DNA of 61,016 bases, taken from the IMG/VR virus record IMGVR_UViG_3300043438_001546, positions 1 through 61,016 of that record; one strand, given 5' to 3'. This DNA is from a virus (lineage: Duplodnaviria > Caudoviricetes). Under the pieces are notes generated by a model that was given only the letters and a program-made list of their open reading frames with translations, was not told the origin of the DNA and did not search any database. The translations under genes and the position numbers were made by a program. This document shows, piece by piece, positions 47,601-56,768 of this stretch (its first letter is position 1; each line of letters opens with the position of its first letter).

Positions 47601-49559
47601 TCTGAAAAAAATACATTGTTTTATTTTCAACAGTGGTTAGATGGTCAACCTGATGGAGCTGTTTTAAATTATAAAAAACAGAAGATGTTTGAAAATACTG
47701 CATTTTGGATGGATACAGATCCATTTGATTTAATGGAGTTTGTTCAAAGTGTTCCTACAGCAGTTCAAGCAGCAATTAACTCTTTGTCTTTTGCAACATT
47801 ATTTTCAAGTTTAGTTACTCCAAGCGATAAACATTGTTTTGATAGATTACCTGGAGCAAACGGTGTGTTCTTATTAAAGAGAGCATTTATGTATTTGTTT
47901 AATTCAGGAGTCCGTGATTTCTTTGTAGAATCTGAATTTAATATTGATATGCGGGATTGGCAAGATACAGATGCTAAAAAACATTATCCTGTTCTTGCTG
48001 ATTTAAGAACCATGTTTAATATGAATTTGATTAAAGCAGATAACTATTATCAAATTGATAGAAGTCTGTCATGGTCATTTATGGCAAGTCAAAAAATTCC
48101 ATGGGGAGTTATGCAAGGAAGAGATTACAACCCGTTGTTATCTGAAACTTGTTATACAAAATACCCTAGAAGATTATTGTATTCATTGCCACAAACAGCT
48201 GCTGCAAATAATGTTTCATTAGCAAAGAAAGATCAATGGCGAGTATTCTTACCAAACAATTATGCTGACTATGAAAGTAATGTAGTATCTGTTAAACCAA
48301 TTAACAGAACTGGAGCACTAATATTGTTTGAAAATCAAGCACCAGGAATGTTACCAGGTGTTGATGAAATGCAAACCCAAGGTGGAGCAAATATTACTAT
48401 TGGTGACGGCAGGTTATTTGCTAGACAATTACAACAACTTTCAAACTCTGAGTTATCTTACGAGTATGCTTCATGTCAAAGTAGACTATCTGTTCTTAAT
48501 ACACCAGCTGGCGTATTTTGGATGAACCTTAATCAAGGTAAAATCTTTTGTTATGCGGGAGGATTAAAAGAGATTTCTCTTAAAGGAAATAGATTCTGGT
48601 TAAACATTTACTTACCATATAAACTCTTAGAAGACTTCCCAACATATTCTGTTACAGATAATCCTGTTGCAGGAATTGGATGTCAGACTATTTATGACAA
48701 TGAGTATAGTTTGGTTTACTTCTGTAAGAAAGATTACAAACTAAAGAAAAACTTACCAGTAACAGTAGAATACATTGGTGGTTCTAAATTCTTAATCAAT
48801 GGTGTATTTATTGCAAATACAGGAGATCCACTTTACTTTGATGATTGTTCATGGACTTTAAGTTATGATCCAAAAATTGAAGAGTTTGTATCATTCCATG
48901 ATTGGCATCCAAACTTATCTTTAGGAGCAAAGAATACATTTCTTACAACAAAAGATAATAGTATTTGGAAACACAATAATATCTGCAGCAAGTACTGTAA
49001 CTATTATGGTGTTGATTACCCATTTGAAGTTGAGTTCCAATTAGATAATAAGTTTGCTGTAGCAACAATGCGTAATGTAGAATACTACATTGAGAGTTAT
49101 ATTTATGATGAACAAAATTGTTATGACAGATTTCATGTATTAGATTACGGATTTGATGAAGCCACAGTATATAACTCAGAACAGGTATCAGGGTTGCTTA
49201 AACTTCACCTTACTCCAAAGAACAATTTGCCTTTGTTGCTTACGTTCCCAAATATTCAAACTAATTACATAAACATTTTATTTTCTAAAGAAGAACAACA
49301 GTACAGATTTAATCAGTTCTGGGATGTTACAAATGATAGAGGTGAGTACAGTGGAGCTGAAGAAAGAATTTGGATGACAGAAGATAATGGGTATATTCGT
49401 AACTTAAATCCTGCTAACTTAAACTACAACAAGCAAGAGTTTCAGAGAAAAAAATTCAGACACTTTAATAATAGAGTAATTTTGAGAAGAACTAAAAACA
49501 ATAATGTAGAAATCTTAGTGAGTTTGGCTGCAAGTAATCAGCAATTATCTCATAGATAA
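44631..49559 (+). CDS. Tail stabilisation/muzzle protein
   Basis: 1642 aa; YARNA, GYMRDEVY, FGGDTYI, WTLSYD...SFHDW motifs of crAss-like muzzle proteins. Confidence 0.85.
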   Translation: MAKQRSGGNSTIKTQGTFDKSLVTDTSDFHLPENSWTYARNAINNTRKGDLGKLSTEPANNFCTFVPYTIIGALHIEEDRWLMFSTNNADSEIGIFKEGNCSYSTLVNDKCLNFNKDNLIKGITRPTFDCSFNAYWDDGRNVSRILDIKDVPWKQICTTVNGCTTCVDTTDLDCDKIRLESFVGTPCVKIVKGKGVASILNGSYQAQVAYVVDDQRVTDYFIPSNALTLFDHTNVNSSIDIYVSDLDTAFDSYELVLISTVNEKTVARSIGIYSTRQTVVTIDYIDITLPVVPLADLTIITPVPDKSEAIFNVGQYALRVGPTTKFDFNYQPLANQIGTFWQTVEYKNEYYKNSGTNIGYMRDEVYSFFIRWVYNTGDKSNSYHIPGRGPGQFYLTDDAGGNAGLISEIAPCPTTINDIESPDYTPKVFEVYNTATLTSTPNTTLPDGGLLVAEGQMGYWESVELYDDKHPEIWNSFVNGHPEWNLCGQPIRHHKFPENVITSGGSTNTITNHYQDGGNKIRIMGVRFDNIQPPKDNNGNLITNIVGYEILRGNRTGAKSVLYKGLINNMFEYNTPELVTNRTALYANYPFNDLRPDPFISIYVNPATGLPEPTSYEPLQGGLINYKPNDQYSKKHFTFHSPDTMFARPFLVDDEVKIYGASWGDSQGSYLEPKNHPRHKFITDVSFITGIVVGFGYAISKMLGSRDIKYRGYQIDSDPVLAGASNSAGNFIPAGAPLTAAQATALNTLGIQGMTDALTGQNSGVASTTGLAQGTVQTAARAAASIPSTGVTSGYVEVTYKDQDGAPGALRAALLLIGNPMFLSYLAAGADVTYKLIESLGSWQQFTLQYQALCKYENFAAPYANNRRRRVNDARYLNPGVQDYQTNYIVNHIYRNETVMFDTPVDIEDITGTITDKSRPPRVSTMPNNKHLNNFSRRASSHYVALKTRLRNQYGQLQSIRQLMVSSCVTPIALTNSPTLFGGDTYIGKYSEKNTLFYFQQWLDGQPDGAVLNYKKQKMFENTAFWMDTDPFDLMEFVQSVPTAVQAAINSLSFATLFSSLVTPSDKHCFDRLPGANGVFLLKRAFMYLFNSGVRDFFVESEFNIDMRDWQDTDAKKHYPVLADLRTMFNMNLIKADNYYQIDRSLSWSFMASQKIPWGVMQGRDYNPLLSETCYTKYPRRLLYSLPQTAAANNVSLAKKDQWRVFLPNNYADYESNVVSVKPINRTGALILFENQAPGMLPGVDEMQTQGGANITIGDGRLFARQLQQLSNSELSYEYASCQSRLSVLNTPAGVFWMNLNQGKIFCYAGGLKEISLKGNRFWLNIYLPYKLLEDFPTYSVTDNPVAGIGCQTIYDNEYSLVYFCKKDYKLKKNLPVTVEYIGGSKFLINGVFIANTGDPLYFDDCSWTLSYDPKIEEFVSFHDWHPNLSLGAKNTFLTTKDNSIWKHNNICSKYCNYYGVDYPFEVEFQLDNKFAVATMRNVEYYIESYIYDEQNCYDRFHVLDYGFDEATVYNSEQVSGLLKLHLTPKNNLPLLLTFPNIQTNYINILFSKEEQQYRFNQFWDVTNDRGEYSGAEERIWMTEDNGYIRNLNPANLNYNKQEFQRKKFRHFNNRVILRRTKNNNVEILVSLAASNQQLSHR

Positions 49560-49621
49560 ACATTTTATAGTTAAGATAAATAAAAATTTTTTTGTATATT
49601 AAAATATAAGCAAGATTAAAA

Positions 49622-52531
49622 ATGGAAAATCCACAAGCTCAAATGCAGCAAGGTCAAGCGGGACCTTCTCCAGAACAAATGCAACAAGGTGCACCTCAAG
49701 GTCCACCACAACAAGGTGGTCAAGATCCACAGATGGAACAAATTATGCAAATGGTTCAACAGATGATGCAACAAGGTGTTCAACCTGTTGAAGCAGCTGC
49801 TGAATTATTGGGACAGCAGGTTCCACCAGAAATTGTTATGCAAGTATTTGTTCAGTTAGGTTTACCTGAACAAGAAGCACAAGCTGCTATTGAACAAGCT
49901 ATGCAAGGTGGTCAACAACCACAAGGTCAAGGTGAAGAACAAATGCAAGGTCAAGCTAGCAATCCTCAAGAGGGAATGACTGAACAAGGCGCACCGCCTC
50001 CAGACCAAGGTGGACAACCTTCTCCTGCTGAAGAAATTCAAATGAGATATGGTGGTCGAATGCCTAGACGTTTGCGTTCATACGCTGAAGGAGGGGACAA
50101 TCAAGAAATGCAAGCAGTAATGCAGCAAGTTCAAGATATGATGTCACAAGGTTCTGATGCTAGACAAGTTATGGAGCAGATACAAGCTGCTGTGCAACAA
50201 GGTCAAATTAGTCCTGAAGTTGGAGCAACTGTAATGGAGCAACTTGGTGGAATGCAACAAGCAACAGATCCACAAGGAAATGATGCGGCTATGACAGCAC
50301 AATCACAAGATCCACAAATGGTGGATCCAAATATGGCTGCACCTGAAGCACAAATGATGAAGTTTGGTGGCAATCTTAAAAAGTTAATGTCACGCGCTTA
50401 TGGTGGACCAGCGGTTGCACCAGGGACTGATTCTAAAACATACGCACAAGACAGAACATCAATGTTTGTTGGTGCTGTTAAAAACAGTGCATACAAATCT
50501 ACATTAGATGATGAGTTTCCAAGCCTTGGTGGAAATCAAATGGCATACGGGGGCAGTCTTCCTAAAGCTACAAATGGTATCAATATGAGCAAAGATGGTA
50601 AACTTACCATTGATCCTACTCAATTTAAAAGTGAAGCTGAATACAAAGCAGCAGCATTAGATTGGAATATGGATCCAGCAAATAAAGATAATCAAGTTAC
50701 AGGAGAACTTTTAAAAACAAATACTTGGAAAGCTCCTGAACCAACTTATGAAGCCGGTAAAAATTATAATTATGATCCTGCTACAAAACAATGGAAAACT
50801 GCACCAGCAAGTAATCAATTTCAGTTTGCTGAAGGAGATGTAATGGGACAAGATAACCAAGGTAGTTATGTAACCAGAAAAGATGGTTCTATGATGAGAG
50901 TGCCATCTATGCAAAATCAAGGTGCACAAACATCATATTCACAAACTAATCCAGTAGGTTATCAAAACCCTATAAATAATGGATTCTGGGGTAACATTGC
51001 GGCAAGTGCTTCTCCATTTGGAAGAATGGTTGCTGGCATTGGTACAAATAACAATTATGATCCACGAATTACTGGTGCTAATTTACCAGGTGGTATGTCA
51101 GGTGCACAATTTCTTGGAGCTGTAGGACAAAATGGTTTAGTGCCAGGAATGGCTGGAAATGTAGCTGGACAAAATTGGAGAATAGGTGAAGCTGAAAAAT
51201 TCAAAGAAGGAAGCATCTGGAAAGGTAATAGAAGAAAAGGTGTTCGTTACCAAATTGATTGGGGAGATACTGCTGCTGCTGCTGCAAATCCTGCTGCACC
51301 TCAAAATAATCCTCTTGCTGGAAATTCAACACCAATGGGACCACAAGGTCAAATTGTAGATCCTGCAATTTTAGGTAATCAAGGAACACCTGTATTAGAT
51401 TCAAAAGGTAATCAACTTACTAGTGATGGATCAAACATGATGTGGAATAGCGGTAATATGCCAACAATTGGTAGTCAAGGTTCAACTACAAATCAACCAT
51501 CTGTTTCAACAGCAGTTACTCAACCACCTGCAACAGTAGTAGCAAATCAAAACACAGTTGCGCCTGGTTCTACAAATGTGGTTAACCCTGCATCTGAAGT
51601 TAATGCAACAGATCAAACTGTTACACCAACAGTTGATAATTCTGCATTAAATGTTACCAAAGTAACTGATGAAGGAATTAAAGGAACTCAAGATGGAAAA
51701 TTAGTAACTTCTGATTATAAAGGTGATGGAAGAAATAGATATGATAGACAATCTGATAGACAGGTGCGCAGAGAAGAAAATCAAGTTGAACGTCAAGACA
51801 ATAGACAAATAAGACAAGATACTCGCGCAATTAAAAAAGAAAATCGTCAAGCAGGAAGAGCTATTAAAAACATGCTTAATGAAGATGCAGATCAAAGTCA
51901 GATGCCTGAAGTTATGCAAAAAGCATTTCAGCAACAAGCGTATGGTGGTAATGTAGATCCTGTTGCATTAGAAAATGCAATTGCATTAATCAATCGTGCA
52001 TTTGGTGGTAGAATACCAAAAGCAGTTGATGGTGTTGATTTAGGTTCCGAAGACACAGATGCAAACAAAATTCCTGATTATTTACAGGCTGAAAATCTTC
52101 CTGCAAACGAACCAAGTCCATTTAATAAAGGAACGGTTGAGCAATCTGCTGGTAAGAAATTAGATATTAATTGGAATCAAGTTGGTGCTGCTGCAGGTGA
52201 TATGTATATGAACGCTGCAGGTAAAGTAACTAACTTTATGAATAAGATGAATGCTGTGAATCCTGAAAGGGATATGGCTAAATTGTCTGCATTAAATCGT
52301 CCAAGCAATACTTATGATACAATGAAGCAAGGTCTTTATGATCAAGCTGGAAACTTTATTCCAAATGATATTGGTAATCAGGTATTGAATCCAACAGATA
52401 CAAACTACAACAATCAAAGACAAATCTTTTCTTATGGTGGTAAAGTATATGAAATTGGAGGAGAAGTAGATTTAGAAGATGATGAAATGGAACAATTGGC
52501 TGCGGCTGGATTTAAACTTTCAAGAGTATAA
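49622..52531 (+). CDS. Cargo/ejection protein, Q/M/G-rich
   Basis: Low-complexity Q-rich repeats; many (Y/F)GG motifs; follows the muzzle gene. Confidence 0.7.
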   Translation: MENPQAQMQQGQAGPSPEQMQQGAPQGPPQQGGQDPQMEQIMQMVQQMMQQGVQPVEAAAELLGQQVPPEIVMQVFVQLGLPEQEAQAAIEQAMQGGQQPQGQGEEQMQGQASNPQEGMTEQGAPPPDQGGQPSPAEEIQMRYGGRMPRRLRSYAEGGDNQEMQAVMQQVQDMMSQGSDARQVMEQIQAAVQQGQISPEVGATVMEQLGGMQQATDPQGNDAAMTAQSQDPQMVDPNMAAPEAQMMKFGGNLKKLMSRAYGGPAVAPGTDSKTYAQDRTSMFVGAVKNSAYKSTLDDEFPSLGGNQMAYGGSLPKATNGINMSKDGKLTIDPTQFKSEAEYKAAALDWNMDPANKDNQVTGELLKTNTWKAPEPTYEAGKNYNYDPATKQWKTAPASNQFQFAEGDVMGQDNQGSYVTRKDGSMMRVPSMQNQGAQTSYSQTNPVGYQNPINNGFWGNIAASASPFGRMVAGIGTNNNYDPRITGANLPGGMSGAQFLGAVGQNGLVPGMAGNVAGQNWRIGEAEKFKEGSIWKGNRRKGVRYQIDWGDTAAAAANPAAPQNNPLAGNSTPMGPQGQIVDPAILGNQGTPVLDSKGNQLTSDGSNMMWNSGNMPTIGSQGSTTNQPSVSTAVTQPPATVVANQNTVAPGSTNVVNPASEVNATDQTVTPTVDNSALNVTKVTDEGIKGTQDGKLVTSDYKGDGRNRYDRQSDRQVRREENQVERQDNRQIRQDTRAIKKENRQAGRAIKNMLNEDADQSQMPEVMQKAFQQQAYGGNVDPVALENAIALINRAFGGRIPKAVDGVDLGSEDTDANKIPDYLQAENLPANEPSPFNKGTVEQSAGKKLDINWNQVGAAAGDMYMNAAGKVTNFMNKMNAVNPERDMAKLSALNRPSNTYDTMKQGLYDQAGNFIPNDIGNQVLNPTDTNYNNQRQIFSYGGKVYEIGGEVDLEDDEMEQLAAAGFKLSRV

Positions 52532-52533
52532 TT

Positions 52534-54870
52534 ATGGGTAAGTACAAGATACAAGGATTTCCTAATCAAGAAGTACCTAAAGTAACTTTATCAAAAGTTC
52601 TTGGTCCTGTGAATAGGAAAATAGCTAATGTTGAAGCCGAGAAAGGTGAAACAGTAGTTACAAACATGAGCAGAGGTATTAATAATATCTATGAGATGTA
52701 TTCTATTGGCGGTAAAAAACATAGCCAAGGCGGAACTCCTTTGACTTTACCTACTGACGGTGATAAGGAATCTGATGGAACTTCGTTTATCTTTAGTGAT
52801 AACAAGAAGATGATTGTTAAAGATCCTGTAATTTTGGATTATTTTGGTGTAAATCCAAAGAAGCCACAAACATTTGCAGGTATTTCTAAATCATGGTTAG
52901 GCGCAATTAATACTTCTAAACAAATTCTTATTGATGACACAGCAGATAAAGTAAGTAAGAAATCAGCTCAAATGTCAATGGACAATGCTGCATTTAAAAT
53001 TGCTGCTTTAAAATTACTTCAAGAATCACGCAAAGGATTTAAAGACGGTGTACCTAATGGTTTATCTCCGTTCTTTGATAAGTTGCAGATTGATCCTAAC
53101 GAGATGTTTGCAATGAATCAACAAGATGCAGGTGCAGCTAATCAAGCTGTTGCTAAAGCTTTTGGTGGCATGGCTAAAGATTTTGCTGCTACTAATGAGC
53201 AATATCCTTTTCCTTCTTTAGCTATGGGTGGCGAGTTACCACATTATGTTGATGCTGGTGCTGTTACTGACGCAAACAATGAAAAGAAAAAAGAAGAACC
53301 TAAGAAAGATGAAATTACTTGGGGGACAGCAAATGCTACATCTAAAAAACAATATGACTATGTACAAAATGTTTTAGGAAAAGATGAAGGATTTAAAGAA
53401 GCTTTGTATCAAGAATACTTAAAGGCAGCAGAACAACCAGACAATTTTGGTAGAGGTTATAATGCCATGTTTGCTAAAAATCCAAATAGCAAGTCTACCA
53501 TTGTACGAAAAGAAAAAGAGCAAGTTTATCAAGATTATCTTGATTTTCAAAAAAGAAACTTGATGCTTCAATCTCATGGTAGAAATGTATTAACAACCGA
53601 ACAAAATCCAATTAAGGGACAAGTATCTAATAAAGATGTAACAGAGTGGTCTAAAACACATGGTGTTCCATTACCTGATATTAATACGGCAACTTCTCAG
53701 CAGTTATCTTATATTGCGTTTAGCAACTTAGCTAAAAATAGAGATCAGTACGGAGAACAATTAAAGAACATCTTAAAACCATTTGGTGCAAATCAAGTTG
53801 GTAAAAGTGATGAAAAAATTGCAGGTTCAAAAGAATATGGAACTATTTCAAAAGCAGATGGTGCTTATACAAATACAACTGCAGGTGAGATTAGTAATTT
53901 TACTGAACCTAAAGGCCCATGTCCTAAATGTCCAGATGGAACTATTCCAGAAAGACAACCTGATGGATCATGTCCGTGTACTCCAGTAATAGATAAACCT
54001 TGTCCAACATGTCCTGATGGAACAACTCCGGTTAAGAATGCAGATGGCACATGTCCTCCTTGTGAAGTAAAACCACCAGATTACAAAAAATTAGGACCAA
54101 CAACTCCTCTTGTAAATCCTTATGGCTTTAGGAGAGAAGACTTGGCTTCACTTAGTAGAGCAACACAAGCTAGATTTGAAATTCCTGAATTACATCCTTG
54201 GGCTAAGTCTGCTGAAGTTGTTATGCCAGATCGTGCATACTATTCACCAGAGCGAACTATTGCTGCTAAAAATGAGCAATTGAATCAAATGATGCAAGGT
54301 GTAAAAGCATTTGGAAATGCGCAATCTGCTGGTGCTACAGCTATGGCTTTAAGTGGTCAAGCTTATGGTGATGTAGCAAATGCAATTAGTGATTATGCAG
54401 ACAAGAATGTAGGCGTGTTTAATGCAGGTGAACAATACAATACACAACTGGCAAATGCTAGAAATGCACAAGATGCACAGTTAGCAACAGGCCTGTATGA
54501 TAAAGAAAACACTTTAAAGCAAAGTCTTGCAAATTCTATTAGTGCTGCTAAAGATAAAATCACACAGCTTTCTAATCAAGCGTACACTAATGCATCAAAC
54601 ATTTACAATTTAAATAGTACTAATGAAAACTTTAAGAAAGATCCATTTACAGGTATTATTACTAAAATGAATGATAGAGCAATTACACCTGTTAAAGATA
54701 ACTCACAAGACTTTGGTCAAGAGTTTAATGCATTTGCTAAGTCAATGCCTTCGGTGAGTGGTGATTTGCAAATGAAAGCATTTCTTGCAATGAAATCTGG
54801 TAAATATGTAATGGAACCAGACGATCAAGTTACTAAGGCAAGTGAGTTGAATAATACCAGTGTAGGCTAA
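52534..54870 (+). CDS. Cargo/ejection protein
   Basis: NVEAEKGE, GKKHSQGG, FIFSD motifs of crAss-like cargo proteins; two CPxCPDG repeats. Confidence 0.75.
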   Translation: MGKYKIQGFPNQEVPKVTLSKVLGPVNRKIANVEAEKGETVVTNMSRGINNIYEMYSIGGKKHSQGGTPLTLPTDGDKESDGTSFIFSDNKKMIVKDPVILDYFGVNPKKPQTFAGISKSWLGAINTSKQILIDDTADKVSKKSAQMSMDNAAFKIAALKLLQESRKGFKDGVPNGLSPFFDKLQIDPNEMFAMNQQDAGAANQAVAKAFGGMAKDFAATNEQYPFPSLAMGGELPHYVDAGAVTDANNEKKKEEPKKDEITWGTANATSKKQYDYVQNVLGKDEGFKEALYQEYLKAAEQPDNFGRGYNAMFAKNPNSKSTIVRKEKEQVYQDYLDFQKRNLMLQSHGRNVLTTEQNPIKGQVSNKDVTEWSKTHGVPLPDINTATSQQLSYIAFSNLAKNRDQYGEQLKNILKPFGANQVGKSDEKIAGSKEYGTISKADGAYTNTTAGEISNFTEPKGPCPKCPDGTIPERQPDGSCPCTPVIDKPCPTCPDGTTPVKNADGTCPPCEVKPPDYKKLGPTTPLVNPYGFRREDLASLSRATQARFEIPELHPWAKSAEVVMPDRAYYSPERTIAAKNEQLNQMMQGVKAFGNAQSAGATAMALSGQAYGDVANAISDYADKNVGVFNAGEQYNTQLANARNAQDAQLATGLYDKENTLKQSLANSISAAKDKITQLSNQAYTNASNIYNLNSTNENFKKDPFTGIITKMNDRAITPVKDNSQDFGQEFNAFAKSMPSVSGDLQMKAFLAMKSGKYVMEPDDQVTKASELNNTSVG

Positions 54871-54915
54871 TAACTAATTTTTGTTTAGGGTTTAATTAAT
54901 ATATTTACAAGAAAA

Positions 54916-56757
54916 ATGGCAACATATACAGGTCAAACAGATTACATATCTCAGATTCAGCCAACTGAGCCGAATCTGGCATTTGACGCGCAGATTCTTC
55001 AAACAAAGCAATCTAAGTATGATGCAAATCACAAAAAGGTAAGTGAACTATATGGTTCGCTACTTAATGCATCAATGACGCGTGGTGATAACATTGCAGC
55101 TAGAGATGAGTTTTTTCAAATTATCAATGATGATATTAAAAGAATGGGTGGTTTAGATTTTTCATTAGATCAAAATGTACAAGCGGCTGCAGGTGTATTT
55201 CAATCAATCTATACTAACAACAACATTGTTAAAGATATGGTTTGGACTAGAAATTACAATAGTGAAGTTGATAGAGGTGAGTCATTTAAAAATTGTTTAG
55301 ATGCAAGTAAATGTGGTGGACAGTGGTGGGAAGAAGGTGAAAAATATCTTCAATATAAAAGAGCTGAATTTAAAAATGCAAGTGCAGGTGATGCAATGAA
55401 TATGACAGATCCAGAATTTGTTCCGTACAATAATGTAATGGAGAAAGCAATGAAGATTGCTAAAGATGCAGGATTGAGTATTACAATGGATTCATTTAGC
55501 CCAGACGGCCAATATTTAATTACTACAAAAAACGGTATTCAATTAAAGTCCCCATTAACTCAGTTGTTTGGAGAAACAATTGGTAAAGATCCAAACATTC
55601 AAAAGATGTATCAAGTTAAATCTTATACACAAAGAAAAGACTGGATTTCTAATAAAGTTAATACAGGTGAATATGCAGATGAAAATGAAGCTTCTGTTGG
55701 TTATTTTCGTGAAAGAAATAATGCTGTACAAACTACATTAAGAAAGCAAGCTGACGATTTAAATGTTGACCTTGGTTCTTTAGGAGAAAAGTATGAGAGT
55801 TTAAAACGGGATTATGAAGAGGGTAAAATTAAAGAAGGTAGTGATGAGTACAATGTTCTTGCAAGTTTACCACAGTTGATGCAAAATGCAAGTGAAGCAA
55901 AATCTTATACAGATTTAATGCTTAAAGCTCAAGCTAATACAGGTAATGCAAAAGGATTAGCTGCTATAGGTGATTATGCCGATCAACAATCCGCTGCAGA
56001 CTTTTATGTTGCAGATATTGATAAAGCTGCACAAACTCTTGCTTTTAAAGATTCCGAAGTTAAATATAAAGCAGATGATTTTGCATTAAAAGCAGTTGAC
56101 TTTAAATATGATACAGCTTTGAAACAACAAGACTTATCTAATGCTATTACTCTTGAAGGAGTAAAAGCATCAAATGAAATGAAACTTCAAACTTGGAAAC
56201 TAGACAATGGTTTATACAATGATAAGATTAATGGTGGTGCTGGAGGATATAAACCTGCTGACGTTAAAGCTTATGAGAATGCTGAGATTGATCTTGAGAA
56301 ATGGAATCCTGATTTAGAAGCTTTTAAATTATATAAAGGGTTTCCAGATGCTACTACAGCGGACATGGGTAATTTTGATACTAGTAAATTAGAAGGTGAG
56401 GATGTTGGTAAATGGAAAAAAGCACAGCGAGATGCGCGTTTAAATCATACCAAACTTAAAAATGATGCAAATGCTAAAGCTTTAAAGATTAACGAATCAC
56501 CTAAACATACAGATGTACTTACTGCTTTAGAAATAGAAAAATCAGGACTTTCTGAAAACTTTCAGGCAAATTATTTAACAAGAATGTATCAAGCTGGTGC
56601 TAAATTTGGTTTAGATCCATATACTGTTGATCTTTACATTGATGGTAAAAAAGGAAACACTAATGAGCCTGTTTATTATCAGTTACAAAAACTTGGTAAA
56701 GAAAGAGCAGCTTATGCAGAAAAAATAGCAAAAAAGAAAAAAGAAGCTAACAAATAA
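54916..56757 (+). CDS. Cargo/ejection protein (helical)
   Basis: 613-aa ORF in the cargo block. Confidence 0.7.
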   Translation: MATYTGQTDYISQIQPTEPNLAFDAQILQTKQSKYDANHKKVSELYGSLLNASMTRGDNIAARDEFFQIINDDIKRMGGLDFSLDQNVQAAAGVFQSIYTNNNIVKDMVWTRNYNSEVDRGESFKNCLDASKCGGQWWEEGEKYLQYKRAEFKNASAGDAMNMTDPEFVPYNNVMEKAMKIAKDAGLSITMDSFSPDGQYLITTKNGIQLKSPLTQLFGETIGKDPNIQKMYQVKSYTQRKDWISNKVNTGEYADENEASVGYFRERNNAVQTTLRKQADDLNVDLGSLGEKYESLKRDYEEGKIKEGSDEYNVLASLPQLMQNASEAKSYTDLMLKAQANTGNAKGLAAIGDYADQQSAADFYVADIDKAAQTLAFKDSEVKYKADDFALKAVDFKYDTALKQQDLSNAITLEGVKASNEMKLQTWKLDNGLYNDKINGGAGGYKPADVKAYENAEIDLEKWNPDLEAFKLYKGFPDATTADMGNFDTSKLEGEDVGKWKKAQRDARLNHTKLKNDANAKALKINESPKHTDVLTALEIEKSGLSENFQANYLTRMYQAGAKFGLDPYTVDLYIDGKKGNTNEPVYYQLQKLGKERAAYAEKIAKKKKEANK

Positions 56758-56768
56758 AATTTTAAGTT

